A stretch of DNA of 62,967 nt, filler included, from Globobulimina sp. (GCA_003354225.1; 31 parts of 31 records of this genome joined end to end with filler, not necessarily neighbours in it); one strand, 5' to 3'; numbered from the whole stretch's first letter, positions 36,633 through 48,520 are shown. Numbers and translations: made by a program. Notes: a model not told the origin generated them from the letters alone.

Positions 36633-38390
36633 ATCTGTAAAGCATACGATAGAGTTTGGCGAGAAGGACTATGGAAGAAACTACGAGATTACGGTTTTCC
36701 CGATAAACTTATACGAGCAATAGAAAGTAGTTACCACAATCCAGGAGCGATATTACAATTTCAAGATCAAAAAACAGAACGATTATCAATGAATGTAGGG
36801 TTACGACAAGGATGTACAATGTCCCCGATATTATGGAACTTATACATAGCTGATTTAGGAAGAGAAATCGAAAAATCAAATTTAGGAATAACGATAGGAA
36901 CTAACAATAACAATAAAAATATATCAGGAATTTTCTTCGCAGACGATATGTTACTATTTGGATCTTCCGATTACAATATGACTAAATTACTAAAGATTGT
37001 TGGTAACTACGCACAGAAATGGAAAATCGAATTCTCCGGTCCAAAAAGCTTAATCATTCCAATAAGAAGAGAAATCGATAACAATAGAAAATGGAAACTA
37101 GGCACAATGTTTATATCCGAAAATGAAGAGTCAACGATATTTATTAAAGAAGAAAAGGAAGCTAAATACTTAGGAATTACACTCAGCAAACACAGAACAG
37201 ATATTCTATCTAAACACAAAATCAGTTTATCCGATAAAACAAAAAAAGAAGCAGGAAGATGCTACAAACCAGCGACATCAACAGCAAGACCAATTACATA
37301 TGGCGCAAAAATATGGAACACATACGTGAAACCAAAAATACTACATGGAATGGCTGCAATACCCTTCAGCGACAATACCTTCACTGGAATCGATATTCAA
37401 CAACGAGAATTCATCAGGATGATTGCAAAACTACCCAGACATACACAACAAGCTGTACTATATGGCGAAACAGAATTAATTCCAATGATAATGGAAGCCG
37501 AAAAACGAACAATAAACTATTTTAACCATATCCAAAAACTTGACGACAACAATATAGTCAAATTAGTTATAATCGAACAACTAGAACTTTATCACGAAAA
37601 TCCAAATACGATAACATGGGTTCAACATGCAATAAAATGCTGCGAAAAATACAATATAAACTACTCAAATATTCCATTATCAACTACAATAAGAACTATA
37701 GTAAACGATAAATGGCTAGAAAATTACAGAAATATGGTACAAAATGCAACAACATTAAAATACTATAGAAGCAAAACTACACCAAAAACCAACTATAAAC
37801 TCAATTTGAAAGCCGGTGCTGAATACTGGTTAAAAGCCAAGTGTGGTTCACTATTTCTCAACGAACGAAGTGCTACAATATGTTCAAGATGCGAAAACAA
37901 CGAAATTGAATCCCTAGAACATTTACTATGGCTATGTCCCGATAACTATAAAATTACGAAAAATTCAGATATTCTCAAAAATCTATGGGGCATGTTACCA
38001 CAAGTATTAGAAGGTGAAACAAAATCAACAACTATACCAATAACAATTAATAAATTTATCGAAAATTCCATTATATGGTTATTAGACGATAATGTACACG
38101 GTCATATCCTAAACATGACAGGAACGATAATCAAAACCCTATATAAAAGCAGACCAGAAATCAAGATATATGAAGTAATAAACAATAATAACGATATTCT
38201 TATTCACATTGACGAAATAATCAACCAAGTCATAAATGATAATACGATATATCATAATGCTATAATCAACCAAATTGATGATGATGGCGGAGAACCTCAT
38301 TCAAACGAAACGACGAACAGACGAAATCAAGACGAAGAAACCGACAGACGAAATCAAGAAGTTCCTGACAACAGAGAAGGAATCACCTGA
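36633..38390 (+). mobile_element. Non-LTR (LINE) retrotransposon ORF2: reverse transcriptase plus C-terminal zinc knuckle, 5' partial
   Basis: KAYDRVWREGLW, GLRQGCTMSPILWNLY, FFADD, KYLG, CSRC..EIESLEHLLWLCP; uninterrupted frame with A-rich strand bias. Confidence 0.93.
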
Positions 38391-38898
38391 AAAAGATAAG
38401 AAGATGATATATTATGTGTGCAACGAAACTGTGATAACTATATTATATTGTGTTCCCTAGCTATACTTATTTTATAAGTGCTAACCCAAGTAAAATTGCC
38501 GTCCCAAAAATTGTGTGACCATATATTAGAAACAATCCCATAAAATGACGTTGATGTCAGACAGAGNNNNNNNNNNNNNNNNNNNNNNNNNNNNNNNNNN
38601 NNNNNNNNNNTTAATTAATTAANNNNNNNNNNNNNNNNNNNNNNNNNNNNNNNNNNNNNNNNNNNNGTCCCCTTATTAACATACTACACGAACTTTTGAA
38701 AATTGGTGGACTTATTGAACTGACTGGAAATTTAGAAGCTGTTTGACAAGTTTTTTAAAAAATCAGTACTTATCGGAAACCCCTATTTTTAACTAAAACA
38801 TCAAACACTTCCCACTTTCCTCTCCCAAACAATCCCTCACTAAACACCAGTTGTAAGCAGTAGCAATTAGATTATCAATCAATTAATCATACATTTTA

Positions 38899-40151
38899 AT
38901 GGAAGGTTTAGCAACAATTAAAACAGAAAATGTAAATTTGCATTCGGCAGTACGCGTATTATGCAGACATACCGATGATATCGTAGCACGGGCAAAATCA
39001 TTGCATGGTTTACCAAATACAGCTAAATCATCAACAATGTATTTTTAACTGGGTTTACTGGCGATGTTGGCGCTTTTCTTGTTCGCGAATTATTAAACCG
39101 TAATAACACCGTTTATTGTTTAGTAAGACCAAGTATTGAACCTGTTATATCTGCAAAAGAACGCTTTATTGAACGTTGCAATAGATTGGTAATTAGTGAT
39201 TATTATAAAAATAATAAAATACATTTTATTGGCGGTGATTATTCGCAAAAACGATTAGGAATAAATGATCGCGATTGGATTTTTTTATCACAAAATATTA
39301 ATGTTATAATTAGTAGTGGCTGTCGTGTGAATTTGACCATGTCATGGAGTCAGGGCGTAAATGGCATTTTGAGGCCTACCAATACGTTGATTGAATTAGC
39401 TTTGACCAAACAATGTAAACCATTATTTGTTATCGGTAGTTCAGGTTCGAGACTTGCTTTGTTTGGTACTCCAGGCGAAGAGTTCTGTCGTGGTTATCAG
39501 ATGGCTAAATTTGTTGATTTGGAGAGATTAAAATATTATCATTATACTACACATCATCCAGTAAAAGTATTAGTTATAGGTTATATAGATCGACATCAAA
39601 TTGGACCACCAACATTTCGTCAGACTTTTCATAGTTTTTTTTGGACATCATTTAAATTGAACATATTTCCGATGATTGACGGTCCAATTGATTATGCGAA
39701 TGCAGCTATCGTTGCAAAAAAAGCATTGGATTCCATTTCATTTAAAACAAATAAATTAATTTATGGTGCTTATGCTGAAAAAAAAGATCATTTACACCTT
39801 ATGGCTGCATTTAAAATGATGAAGCAAATGCAACCATCAATCAAATTGGTCTCCGTTGAGGAGTTTCGTGCTGCCATAAGGCAGATGGACAAAATGTGGG
39901 GGACAAATTATAGACCTTTATTGAATGCAGATGCAATATATTCTAGTAAGGATCTCAATTTAATGATGTATGCACCACCATCAAATAATATTGATTTTAT
40001 TCAAGGTCCAGATAAAAATATGATGTTTAAAATATTGACTTATATTAAGAATGCATCATTTCAAGAGTTTACAACAAAGATTAATCCATCACCATATTTT
40101 GGATATCCATGGTGGAATGATGTCGATGTACCGCTTAAATCCAAATTATAA
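38899..40151 (+). CDS. Thioester-reductase/male-sterility (extended SDR) protein with one frameshift near 39027 and C-terminal SKL
   Basis: VFLTGFTGDVG (GxxGxxG) lies upstream of the ORF-track start; VYCLVR, GDYSQKRLG, GYQMAK (YxxxK). The ATG at 38899 is one base out of frame. Confidence 0.8.
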
Positions 40152-40700
40152 ACATGACTTGTTTCAACTTTCAACATCTGTCCGGTAAGGAAATATTTGA
40201 TTTTTAAATGTGATGATAAAAACACATTCTAATTATATAATTTAATTTCATTTTTTTTACAATTCCATAAACAGATATCACGCGACAGAAAGTTTTTGGC
40301 CTCAGAATTGTGTCTGGGGACATGTTTCATATTGAAAGAACTGCATTTATCGCAGAGGTTTTAGGTTTCATGTTTTTTATGTTTAGATCTTTTTAATAGC
40401 ATCGTTAAGATTTTAATTTGAAGAAAAAAAAAGAGAATGAAATTAGAGTTAATCAAACACAAAAAAGAATACTGAACACATCAAATTAACATATGAAGAA
40501 AAAAGAAATGAGCAATAAAAACAAATAGGGACAGAAAAAAAAAAAAAGTAAAAAAAAAAAAAAATAAATTTAAATAAAAAATAATAAAAATTAAGTATTT
40601 NNNNNNNNNNNNNNNNNNNNNNNNNNNNNNNNNNNNNNNNNNNNTTAATTAATTAANNNNNNNNNNNNNNNNNNNNNNNNNNNNNNNNNNNNNNNNNNNN

Positions 40701-42634
40701 ATGAAACAAAAAACACTTAGATATACATACTGATTGTTAGCGCACAGCCGCGCTCATTCACGCAGTACAGTAGTGTTCCAGCTAAGATACACATGTATGC
40801 CCCAATATCATATATAGGACTTTGTGCGTGTTCTGCCTGGCGGTGGTCACAGGACTTTGTGCGTGTTCGCCTGGCGGTGGTCTCAGGACTTTGTGCGTGT
40901 TCTGCCTGGCGGTGGTCACAGGACTTTTCCTTTTCATAACTCTCCAACCAACACAATCCCAATATTAATATCCATAAATCACTCCAATCCTAATGCTGAT
41001 AATAATATCTATATTTTGTATGAAACGTTTTAATACAAACGTTTTTGTATAATAAAACATGAACTTAACTGACATATCCATAGTGAATACACCATTATCC
41101 ACTTCCTAGTTCTTTGCTGCAGAGTAGCATCGAAAGGATGATGCGTGATGTGTGATGTGTGAAGTAAGGTGAAATTCTACTAAAAACTTTTTGCATTTCA
41201 ATGTCTGCATTAGGCTTGATCACACTTGCTTTTTGAGTTGTTGTATTGTGTGTGTATTGTATGAATCAGATAGGTTCTAAAAGGAAAGACTTCAATTCTT
41301 CGATTTGGCAAAGTTAGAAATTGCTAAAGAGCATCCGGTCTTCAGCGTCAGATTTTTATTGAGGCAAGGTATACGCAAACCGTTTCTGGTGACTGATAAA
41401 GGTAAAAACAATATAGGTTTGCCTTCGTCAGAAACAATAAAAATCTGACGCTGAAAACAGATCACAGATATTTTGTTTGATCTGTGAATTAAAGAATATA
41501 TTTCGTCATTTTGCTTGCTTTTTGTGTTGTTGTATTGTGTGTGTGTATTGTACCAATCAGATATAGATTCTAAAAGGAAAGACTTCAATTCTTCGATTTA
41601 ACTGGTAAGAATTTGCTAAATTTTCACTTTTTGGAAAAGTCGATCACATGTTTATATTTTGTTTGTTGTGTTAATTAAAGAATGTATTTTGTTGTTTTGC
41701 GTAATATAGACAGGACAAACAATTCCAATCAGTTCAATTAACAGCAGATTTTATGAAGTTAAGGTTTTTATGGCCGATGGTATCTGTTTTTATATTTTGA
41801 CGATATATACACAAAACAATAGAAATAAAAAGTAATGAGAATATACATATATGATGTGAATAAATCGGAGAATATATATATGAATCTAATTAAATTTATT
41901 TGTGAGATTCAACAAATAATTAAACTCTGATGATTATGGATATTCATTTAGAATTACTATCATTTTATCATTTTACGATAAATTGGATGCTAGATCTATA
42001 TTATGATATGATTGATGCAATATTATCTCATTAGGAATTGTTCAATTTAATTTTAAGCAAATTAATTCATATTTGACACAAAATGTTTAATATAAATATT
42101 CTGATTAGCTTTACATATATTTACATTACCATTTAGTCTCATTGATGATTATTTAATTTTATTAATTATATTATTTTTATAATGAATGAAACAAAAAACA
42201 CTTAGATATACATACTGATTGTTAGCGCACAGCCGCGCTCATTCACGCAGTACAGTAGTGTTCCTGATAAGATATACATGCATGCCCCAATAATATATAT
42301 ATTACTTTCGATCATATATAAATAAATGTTGGACTTGTCAAGGAATCATATAAGATAATGGAATTGTTTATATTCTTGTATATATTACGCAAAACAACAA
42401 AATACATTTTTTAATTAACACAACAAACAAAATATAAACATGTGGTCGACTTTTGCAAAAAGTGAAAATTTAGCAATTTCTAACTTTGCCAAATCGAAGA
42501 ATTGAAGTCTTTCCTTTTAGAACCTATCTGATTCATACAATACACACACAATACAACCACTCAAAAAGCAAGTGTGGTCAAGCCTAATGCAGACATTGAA
42601 ATGCAAAAAGTTTTTAGTAGAATTTAACCTTACT
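40701..42634. repeat. Non-coding mosaic of direct, inverted and tandem repeats
   Basis: Direct repeat 40701-40815 / 42186-42300; inverted repeats 41163-41328 / 42469-42634 and 41514-41708 / 42381-about 42575; three 35-mers at 40816-40927; inverted repeat 41341-41361 / 41435-41455. Confidence 0.9.
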
Positions 42635-42840
42635 NNNNNNNNNNNNNNNNNNNNNNNNNNNNNNNNNNNNNNNNNNNNTTAATTAATTAANNNNNNNNNN
42701 NNNNNNNNNNNNNNNNNNNNNNNNNNNNNNNNNNTAAGAAAAAATGTTAAATGTCAATTAATATTTGAGTATAATTAAGGATTATTAGATAACAAATGAT
42801 TTTTCATTGATACTTTGTGAAGTTTTGTTAAGTTCAAACA

Positions 42841-43482
42841 ATGTCAACTCTTTTGCGCAGATTCGCAAGATTAGATCGGCGATTTTTTTCAACCACAACG
42901 AACCCTTTAAGATGCACAGAAAGTTTAATTCAAGAACACAAGACAATAAATCAAACATTGGATGCATTGGAAATTATAGTTGAAAGAGAGCAAGATTTGA
43001 ATGAATATATGGTGAATGATATCGGCGATTTCGTACATTGGTCCATTAACTTCTCAGATAAAATACATCATGAAAAAGAAGAGAGGATTTTGTTCCAAGC
43101 CATGGATGAACTCAAAATTCCTTTTTTATCCACCACGGCTGGTTCGATTAAAGAAATGATTTATCAGCACGACGTTTTGATTTATCATATGGATGAGATC
43201 AGGAAGGCATTGAAGATAGAAAACAATAGTTATGAGCTTAAATATCAATTATCAGAATATGTCCAGTTATTACGTTCCCATAACCGCCACGAAGACAATG
43301 TGTTGTGGCCTATGATCATTCAAAAAGTGTCTGATCATGAAATGGAGCAAATTTCGAAGGAATTTGACCGTGTTGACAAGGAAAATGAAGCAGAAATAGC
43401 CGTATTGTTCCAAATAGCACAGAGACTCATAAACAAATATACGCCAACAGTCTATGTGCATGATTTTACTCATTTTAGATAA
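42841..43482 (+). CDS. Hemerythrin (HHE) domain protein with mitochondrial-like presequence
   Basis: QEH...KIHHEKEERILF...YQH...LRSHNRHEDNVLWP di-iron ligand pattern; N-terminus MSTLLRRFARLDRRFFST; complete and intronless. Confidence 0.9.
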   Translation: MSTLLRRFARLDRRFFSTTTNPLRCTESLIQEHKTINQTLDALEIIVEREQDLNEYMVNDIGDFVHWSINFSDKIHHEKEERILFQAMDELKIPFLSTTAGSIKEMIYQHDVLIYHMDEIRKALKIENNSYELKYQLSEYVQLLRSHNRHEDNVLWPMIIQKVSDHEMEQISKEFDRVDKENEAEIAVLFQIAQRLINKYTPTVYVHDFTHFR

Positions 43483-43702
43483 TTAATATGTATCACAAAT
43501 TGTGAATTTGTGAATAAAAATATTATTTTTGAATACTTGTTAGTGTGATGAATGGTATATAATTTTTTTTTGTGATGTGTTTGAATGTGTCTGTGATAAA
43601 CTATAATTAACTTATATATATCCTTGCACAATTTAAATTATTTAATTTTTGTTTACAAACCAAAGTAAGGTTTTTGCAAAAAACGCCATTGGTTCCTTTC
43701 AA

Positions 43703-44668
43703 ATGTCACGCTTTGTCAACAACGCTCATTGTACAGTATTTATGATAAGATCTAATAATCCTAAATTAATACATTTAAATTTCAATTTTAGAACCTGTTC
43801 AAAGCGATATTTCTCAACTCGCACAACACCATTAATTGCATATTCTGATGAACATCTTGAACAGTATAGAGTCATTGGTGATGAATATGCAGATTGTATT
43901 GTGAAGGAATTATATGACAAAAACCCCAATCCAATAAAATCATTGTCACCTTTGTTATATTTACAAAACAACCAAGAGCCGCCAGATGATTTACCATCGA
44001 TATTGAAAGAATATTTCGCTGTTTCAAATATCAAATATCCATCGTGGTACAATGCAAAACGAGTATTAAAGGGACAGGAATTTGGAACTACACATTTAAG
44101 CCAGTTAATATCGCAGAAAATGTCATTATTATCGTATTCGTTGCCAGTTTCATATGGTTTTCGAGGTGCAACAGTATTATCGTTATCTGAGCAGTTATTA
44201 AAAACGCTTCCGACAAATGAATTTCTTCAACATGTGATCGCATTGAATTCTTTCTCATTGGATGGTGATTGCAGTCATGGAATTAGATCGCTTCAAACAA
44301 CGCGATTGATTCATGCAGCGATACGCTATCATTTCTCTCATAAAAATGTAGCTGAAACGGACACTAAGCATTCTGATATTGATTATTTACCGGTGAATCA
44401 GACTGCATTATCACATACGTTGTATGGCGCATTTTATTTAAGCAGTTTAGAAGGGATTGTTAAAAGTGGTCAGAGTTACAATGAAGAAGAACAAAAGGAT
44501 TATATGCATTTGTGGACTGTTTGTGGACATTTCTTGGGCATTGATGAAAGTTTATTGATTTTGAATGATGATATTGATATCGTTAAAAATCAGTTGATTA
44601 CAAATATTAATAAACATGAACTTATTTTAGGTCATATCAATTATACAATACGGAGCAAATATCATTGA
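43703..44668 (+). CDS. Lcp/MpaB (DUF2236) heme oxygenase-family protein with mitochondrial-like presequence, probably 3' partial
   Basis: GDEYAD, PSWYN..RVLKGQEF, SLPVSY, RLIHAAIR (heme His), PVNQ, DYMHLW..CGHFLGI; presequence ends RTCSKRYFST. Confidence 0.85.
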   Translation: MSRFVNNAHCTVFMIRSNNPKLIHLNFNFRTCSKRYFSTRTTPLIAYSDEHLEQYRVIGDEYADCIVKELYDKNPNPIKSLSPLLYLQNNQEPPDDLPSILKEYFAVSNIKYPSWYNAKRVLKGQEFGTTHLSQLISQKMSLLSYSLPVSYGFRGATVLSLSEQLLKTLPTNEFLQHVIALNSFSLDGDCSHGIRSLQTTRLIHAAIRYHFSHKNVAETDTKHSDIDYLPVNQTALSHTLYGAFYLSSLEGIVKSGQSYNEEEQKDYMHLWTVCGHFLGIDESLLILNDDIDIVKNQLITNINKHELILGHINYTIRSKYH

Positions 44669-45442
44669 NNNNNNNNNNNNNNNNNNNNNNNNNNNNNNNN
44701 NNNNNNNNNNNNTTAATTAATTAANNNNNNNNNNNNNNNNNNNNNNNNNNNNNNNNNNNNNNNNNNNNATTCATCCCATTATCAAATCCTGTGACGATAA
44801 GCAAAGACAGAAGAAAATAAGTATGCAAATTAAATTAAATGAATTCGAATCAGAATCAATTGCAAGCAAATTGAGTGAGTCATTGAAACCATTTCCGATC
44901 AAGCAAATCATTGTAAAACAACATCTGAAATTATATCAGTGTACAATTGTAAGTTAAACAACATATGAATTGAACAACATATTGAGAGTGGTAAACAATT
45001 AAATCTGTTTTCTGTTAAACCATCGTATGATTATAATCAAAAAAGAAAATAAATCCACAAAGAAAAATACAAATAATTATCATTATTTTGCTTTTCAGCG
45101 TTTTTAATTTAAATCATGATAATGTTTATGTTTTCATTTGTTTATTTTGTTTTTGAGCATTTTTATATGCTGTCACCCAATCTGTTTTTTATTGATTCAT
45201 TATGTTTTTTGCATGGTATATTGTGTTGTTTCAAATAGTAAATGGTTTGGCTTGGATTTGTCAAATATTTTAATGTTTGAAATAAAATTTGTGCCAAATA
45301 ATTGATAATCACATTTATAATTTAAATGTTTCCATTCATTCACTGGTATTCATTAATAATGATGTTTTGATTGGATTTGATTTGATGCACAAATCGCCAA
45401 CACTTCAAATTTAGATTCAAGCAATGCGGACATAATAGGAAT

Positions 45443-46702
45443 TTATAAAAAATATTGTTTACAAATATTAAATTCACCATTTTTAATCATTTCTCGTAAT
45501 ATTTTCTTTGCCATTTTCCTGTTAGGAGTTTTGGGCAATATATCCAGAAAAAAAATATCTTTTACTCTAAGTGCAGGGTCACCCATCGCTTCATGACACA
45601 TTTGCATTAATTCCTGTTTGATTGCATTTGTATCATATGCTTGCATTGCATTGCTTGTTTAACACACAAATGCCACCGGCACCTCACCTGACAAAGATTC
45701 ATCAATCAAAGAGTTTGGATAACCGACCACAGCAACTTCCTCCACCGCTTTATGTCGGTATAATACATTTTCAATATCAATGGGTACCATCAATCTACCA
45801 ATACTCGTTTTAATTCTATCATTTTTCCTCCCTAATAAATATAACAAACCATCATTTGTGTCAATATAGCCTTGATCTCCAGTACATATCCAGCCATCAT
45901 CACTTTTAACAGTTTCTGTTAATTCTCTGTTATTCAAATATTCCACCATTGCCGAATCATCTTCCTTTTTAACCATAATCTCCCCATCATTTGCAACTTT
46001 AATTAATATTTTATCATAAAGTGGAGTACCAACCGGAACATGAATGTTCATATTATCATTCACTGTAAAATCAGCAATTAATGTATCCAAAATGGATGGA
46101 TCTAACTGAGATATCCAAAGAGTTTCCGAAGCACCATAACTATGAATGAATTTTGTATTTGCTGAAAATAAATGTTTCTTTAAATAGCACACAGTTTTAA
46201 ATGGTATAAAGTCTCCGCTATATCCTACAGCCTCCATATTATTGAATTTTTTGTTCAAATGATAAATATCACTTTAATACATATATAGTGAACGTTGCGA
46301 TATATCCCATTGGTTAACCCCTTTGTTGATGACGAATCAAATGGAGGGAGCGGTACGATCAACCAATGACATATATCGTTTAATCAATATTTTACCTTAA
46401 TGCACGACCAAAAAAAAGTGTACGTGATATGGACGGGTGCTTATTTTCACATAAATCATGCCAATGTTCAGGACTTTGAGATTTATGTTTATTTGCATAT
46501 ACAATCGTGCTGCCTTCCAATAAAACAGACATTCTCTGTAAAACACCTGGGCCGGCGAGCAATGGACATAATACTAATGTTGAGTCTTTATTTGGTATTG
46601 TTTTGCCAGCAAATGTAGTGTGCGTAGTATTTGTTCCATGAAATATCGTATTATGCGAATATAAGCAACCTTTGGGTGATCCAGTGGTTCCCGAAGTGAA
46701 TA
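45443..46702 (-). pseudogene. AMP-dependent acyl-CoA synthetase/ligase, 5' partial, intron 46272-46395, one in-frame TAA at 45659-45661
   Basis: YFTSGTTGSPKG, YGASE, GWICTGDQG, GRKNDRIK, LPKTPNRK; the C-terminal ORF is in the same frame after the stop. Confidence 0.8.
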
Positions 46703-47120
46703 NNNNNNNNNNNNNNNNNNNNNNNNNNNNNNNNNNNNNNNNNNNNTTAATTAATTAANNNNNNNNNNNNNNNNNNNNNNNNNNNNNNNNNNNNNNNNNN
46801 NNAGGTTCTGAAACGAAGGGGATCGACGACATGATTTTGCCAAAAACAGTCTTTTTAAAACAAAAGTATAGGGTGAGAGTCTTTGCAAAACATGGTGTCC
46901 CTGCTTATGTTTTGATACGAATTGACATCATTCCAGATGGATGTATCCAAATATTGGTTTTGCATTAACTTTGATGGCTTTGTACTCGATCCGGCGTAAT
47001 CATATCGCCCTAATTGCTTTTGTAATATGCCTTTTACATATTTGAAGCATTTTTATCTAAAGACTACGAAACATATATATTTAAGCTAGCTGTTTTTAAT
47101 CAACACATTTAAAATACTCA

Positions 47121-48520
47121 ATGGAATCTTTACGACAGTATGAGAAATCACTGGTAAATGGATATTTTATGTTCCATTTCGCTAACTATACACCACACGA
47201 AATCATCAAAATATGCGTATATTATTGCTTTGTCCTCGATGAATTTGTTCCAAGCATTTCCAGAAATATGAAACTCAAAGGAATAAACAACTCCATTGCT
47301 ACTTTGCATCCACCAGTACCACATGGCACAAATAGTGAATCTTTGGTTGCAATGATATCCACAAGAAATATAATCAAATCAGCAACAAAGTATCATTGGA
47401 CATTTACCATAACAAACGCAAAGAAATCAACATTTGAATTTAGATTAGTTGACAATAATAATTACAAAACAAACAAAGCAACATCGGCATCAGTGTGTTT
47501 TTGGGATTCCAACAGAAATGGTACATTTACATTAGATATCTATTTAGATACAGAGCTTAAAAAAGTGACAAATAAATGCGGGAATAACACCGAACATAAG
47601 AAAATCACAGCATTCGACGAAATTAATGATTGCAGATTATTTTTACAAATTTATATTCCTCAAAATGTAGCATTGCCATGTCCCACAATTGAGATGCTTG
47701 AATATCATGCTTCAAATCTATATATTCAACAATTAGTATACAATCCAGACGATGCAATGGCAAATGTTGGATATGCAAATTGTATCTATGATATTAAACA
47801 GGAAATAAAATGTTATGCAAAAGCGCTATCGGTTCTGCCTTATGTTGAGCTATGGAATAATAAATATTTAAATTGTTTGATGGATTTGGGTCAATATGAT
47901 GTTGCATATAATCATGCTTTGCAATTCAAAAAAGGTCACAATGCGATAGTTATATTGATAGCTCATTATTATGATAAGGATAAATATGAAAATTCATATA
48001 AATTATTAATGTTATTGGAAGCACAGCATTTGCATGAAAATGATTTGTATTTTGAAATTGCATTTTGTTGCAGCAAAGCTGGAGACAGTGATGGTGCGTT
48101 AAAGTATTACGCAAAATATTTAGCTGCACATGATAAAGATGAGGGTGATGAGAATAGAGAAAATATATTCGATTAACAGCCAATTGGACCAATTTTGGCA
48201 CATTTTTTGCTGTTTTATCTCAATTTGATGCGGCTATCAATGGATGTCAAGGAAAAGCGGTAAAAGGATTTACTGTAAAAGATGCAGAGATAATTGGTTT
48301 ACTATTTGAATCTGATAAATCAATCCCGCCATATATTGAGGATACATTTAATATGTTCAGATATAGTAAAAAAACATTAAATATAAATTTAGAGTCACTG
48401 ACAGAAAATTATCCATCAGTTTTGCAAGAATTGATTGTGGAATCGTCATATAATTCAAATTCTGTGGTTTATGATCAAGATAATGGTAAACAGGAATGTA
48501 ATGAATGTCTAGAACAATAA
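47121..48520 (+). CDS. TPR-containing protein with N-terminal F-box-like motif; frame continues about 115 codons past the TAA at 48174-48176
   Basis: LVNGYF...TPHEIIKICVYY; TPR-like YAKALSVLP, LGQYDVA, AGDSDGALKYYAKYL. Confidence 0.7.

Noticed and set aside
40736-40780. Helitron 3' end in module A
   Set aside because: A short GC hairpin exists, but there is no clear CTRR terminus at the expected distance on either strand.
40816-40927. Mini-CRISPR array, or the 81-aa ORF 40717-40962
   Set aside because: The repeats are head-to-tail with no spacers and no cas genes; the ORF only reflects the tandem repeat.
41380-41440. Hammerhead ribozyme (ctgataa...stem...gaaac)
   Set aside because: The core reads CUGAUAA rather than CUGANGA, and GAAA does not directly follow the stem.
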